DNA from: Eledone cirrhosa
Taxonomy: Eukaryota
DNA: 64,000 nucleotides
Direction: 5' to 3'
Assembly: GCA_964016885.1 (NCBI GenBank)
Contig: OZ024758.1
Location: 32,426,001-32,490,000, forward strand
The position numbers and the translations under genes were made by a program. A model generated the notes under the pieces. The model was given only the letters and a program-made list of their open reading frames with translations, ran no database searches and was not told the DNA's origin. Below are positions 63,741-64,000 of this stretch, piece after piece; position 1 is the first letter of the stretch; each line of letters opens with the position of its first letter.

Positions 63741-64000
63741 AATACCTTCGCCTGTAATTAATATATCTTATAACTAATATATCTTATAATACTTTTAATA
63801 TATAACACCTTTAGTTATGCTATCACTACACATTTGTCTTACATTTATTGCATGTTCTATGCTATCATTTATACAATGTAACTGACACTAACAATTCGTC
63901 TTCTCAAATATAATGTATCTTAATAAATGTCCTAAGGATTAAGAATTTATTTATTTAACATTGTATATGCTCCAATGATTCCAGACCTGTGTCTGGAAGA

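Overview
AT-rich, microsatellite- and SINE-dense animal genomic DNA. The repeat content suggests an octopod cephalopod (inference). The only host gene I can support is a minus-strand SLC4 anion exchanger of the AE2/AE3 type. Nine GT-AG exons between 51094 and 22052 splice in frame into about 619 aa of N-terminal cytoplasmic domain, including an unusual poly-His tract. The gene continues past the last exon found and probably has an unlocated upstream exon. The rest is mobile DNA: Penelope-like retroelements (GIY-YIG and RT remnants), RTE and CR1-type LINEs, tRNA-derived SINE families, Helitron-type, hAT, Tc1/mariner and TTAA MITEs, and several minisatellites. The very long ORFs at 28.5-31 kb are artefacts of a 33-bp x 69 array. 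The most striking hidden signal is about a dozen hammerhead-ribozyme (HHR) motifs from unrelated sequence families. Many sit in tail-outward fold-back mini-elements in or beside (TA)n tracts, with fold points at or near the ribozyme. All structures and alignments were read by eye, so repeat boundaries are approximate.
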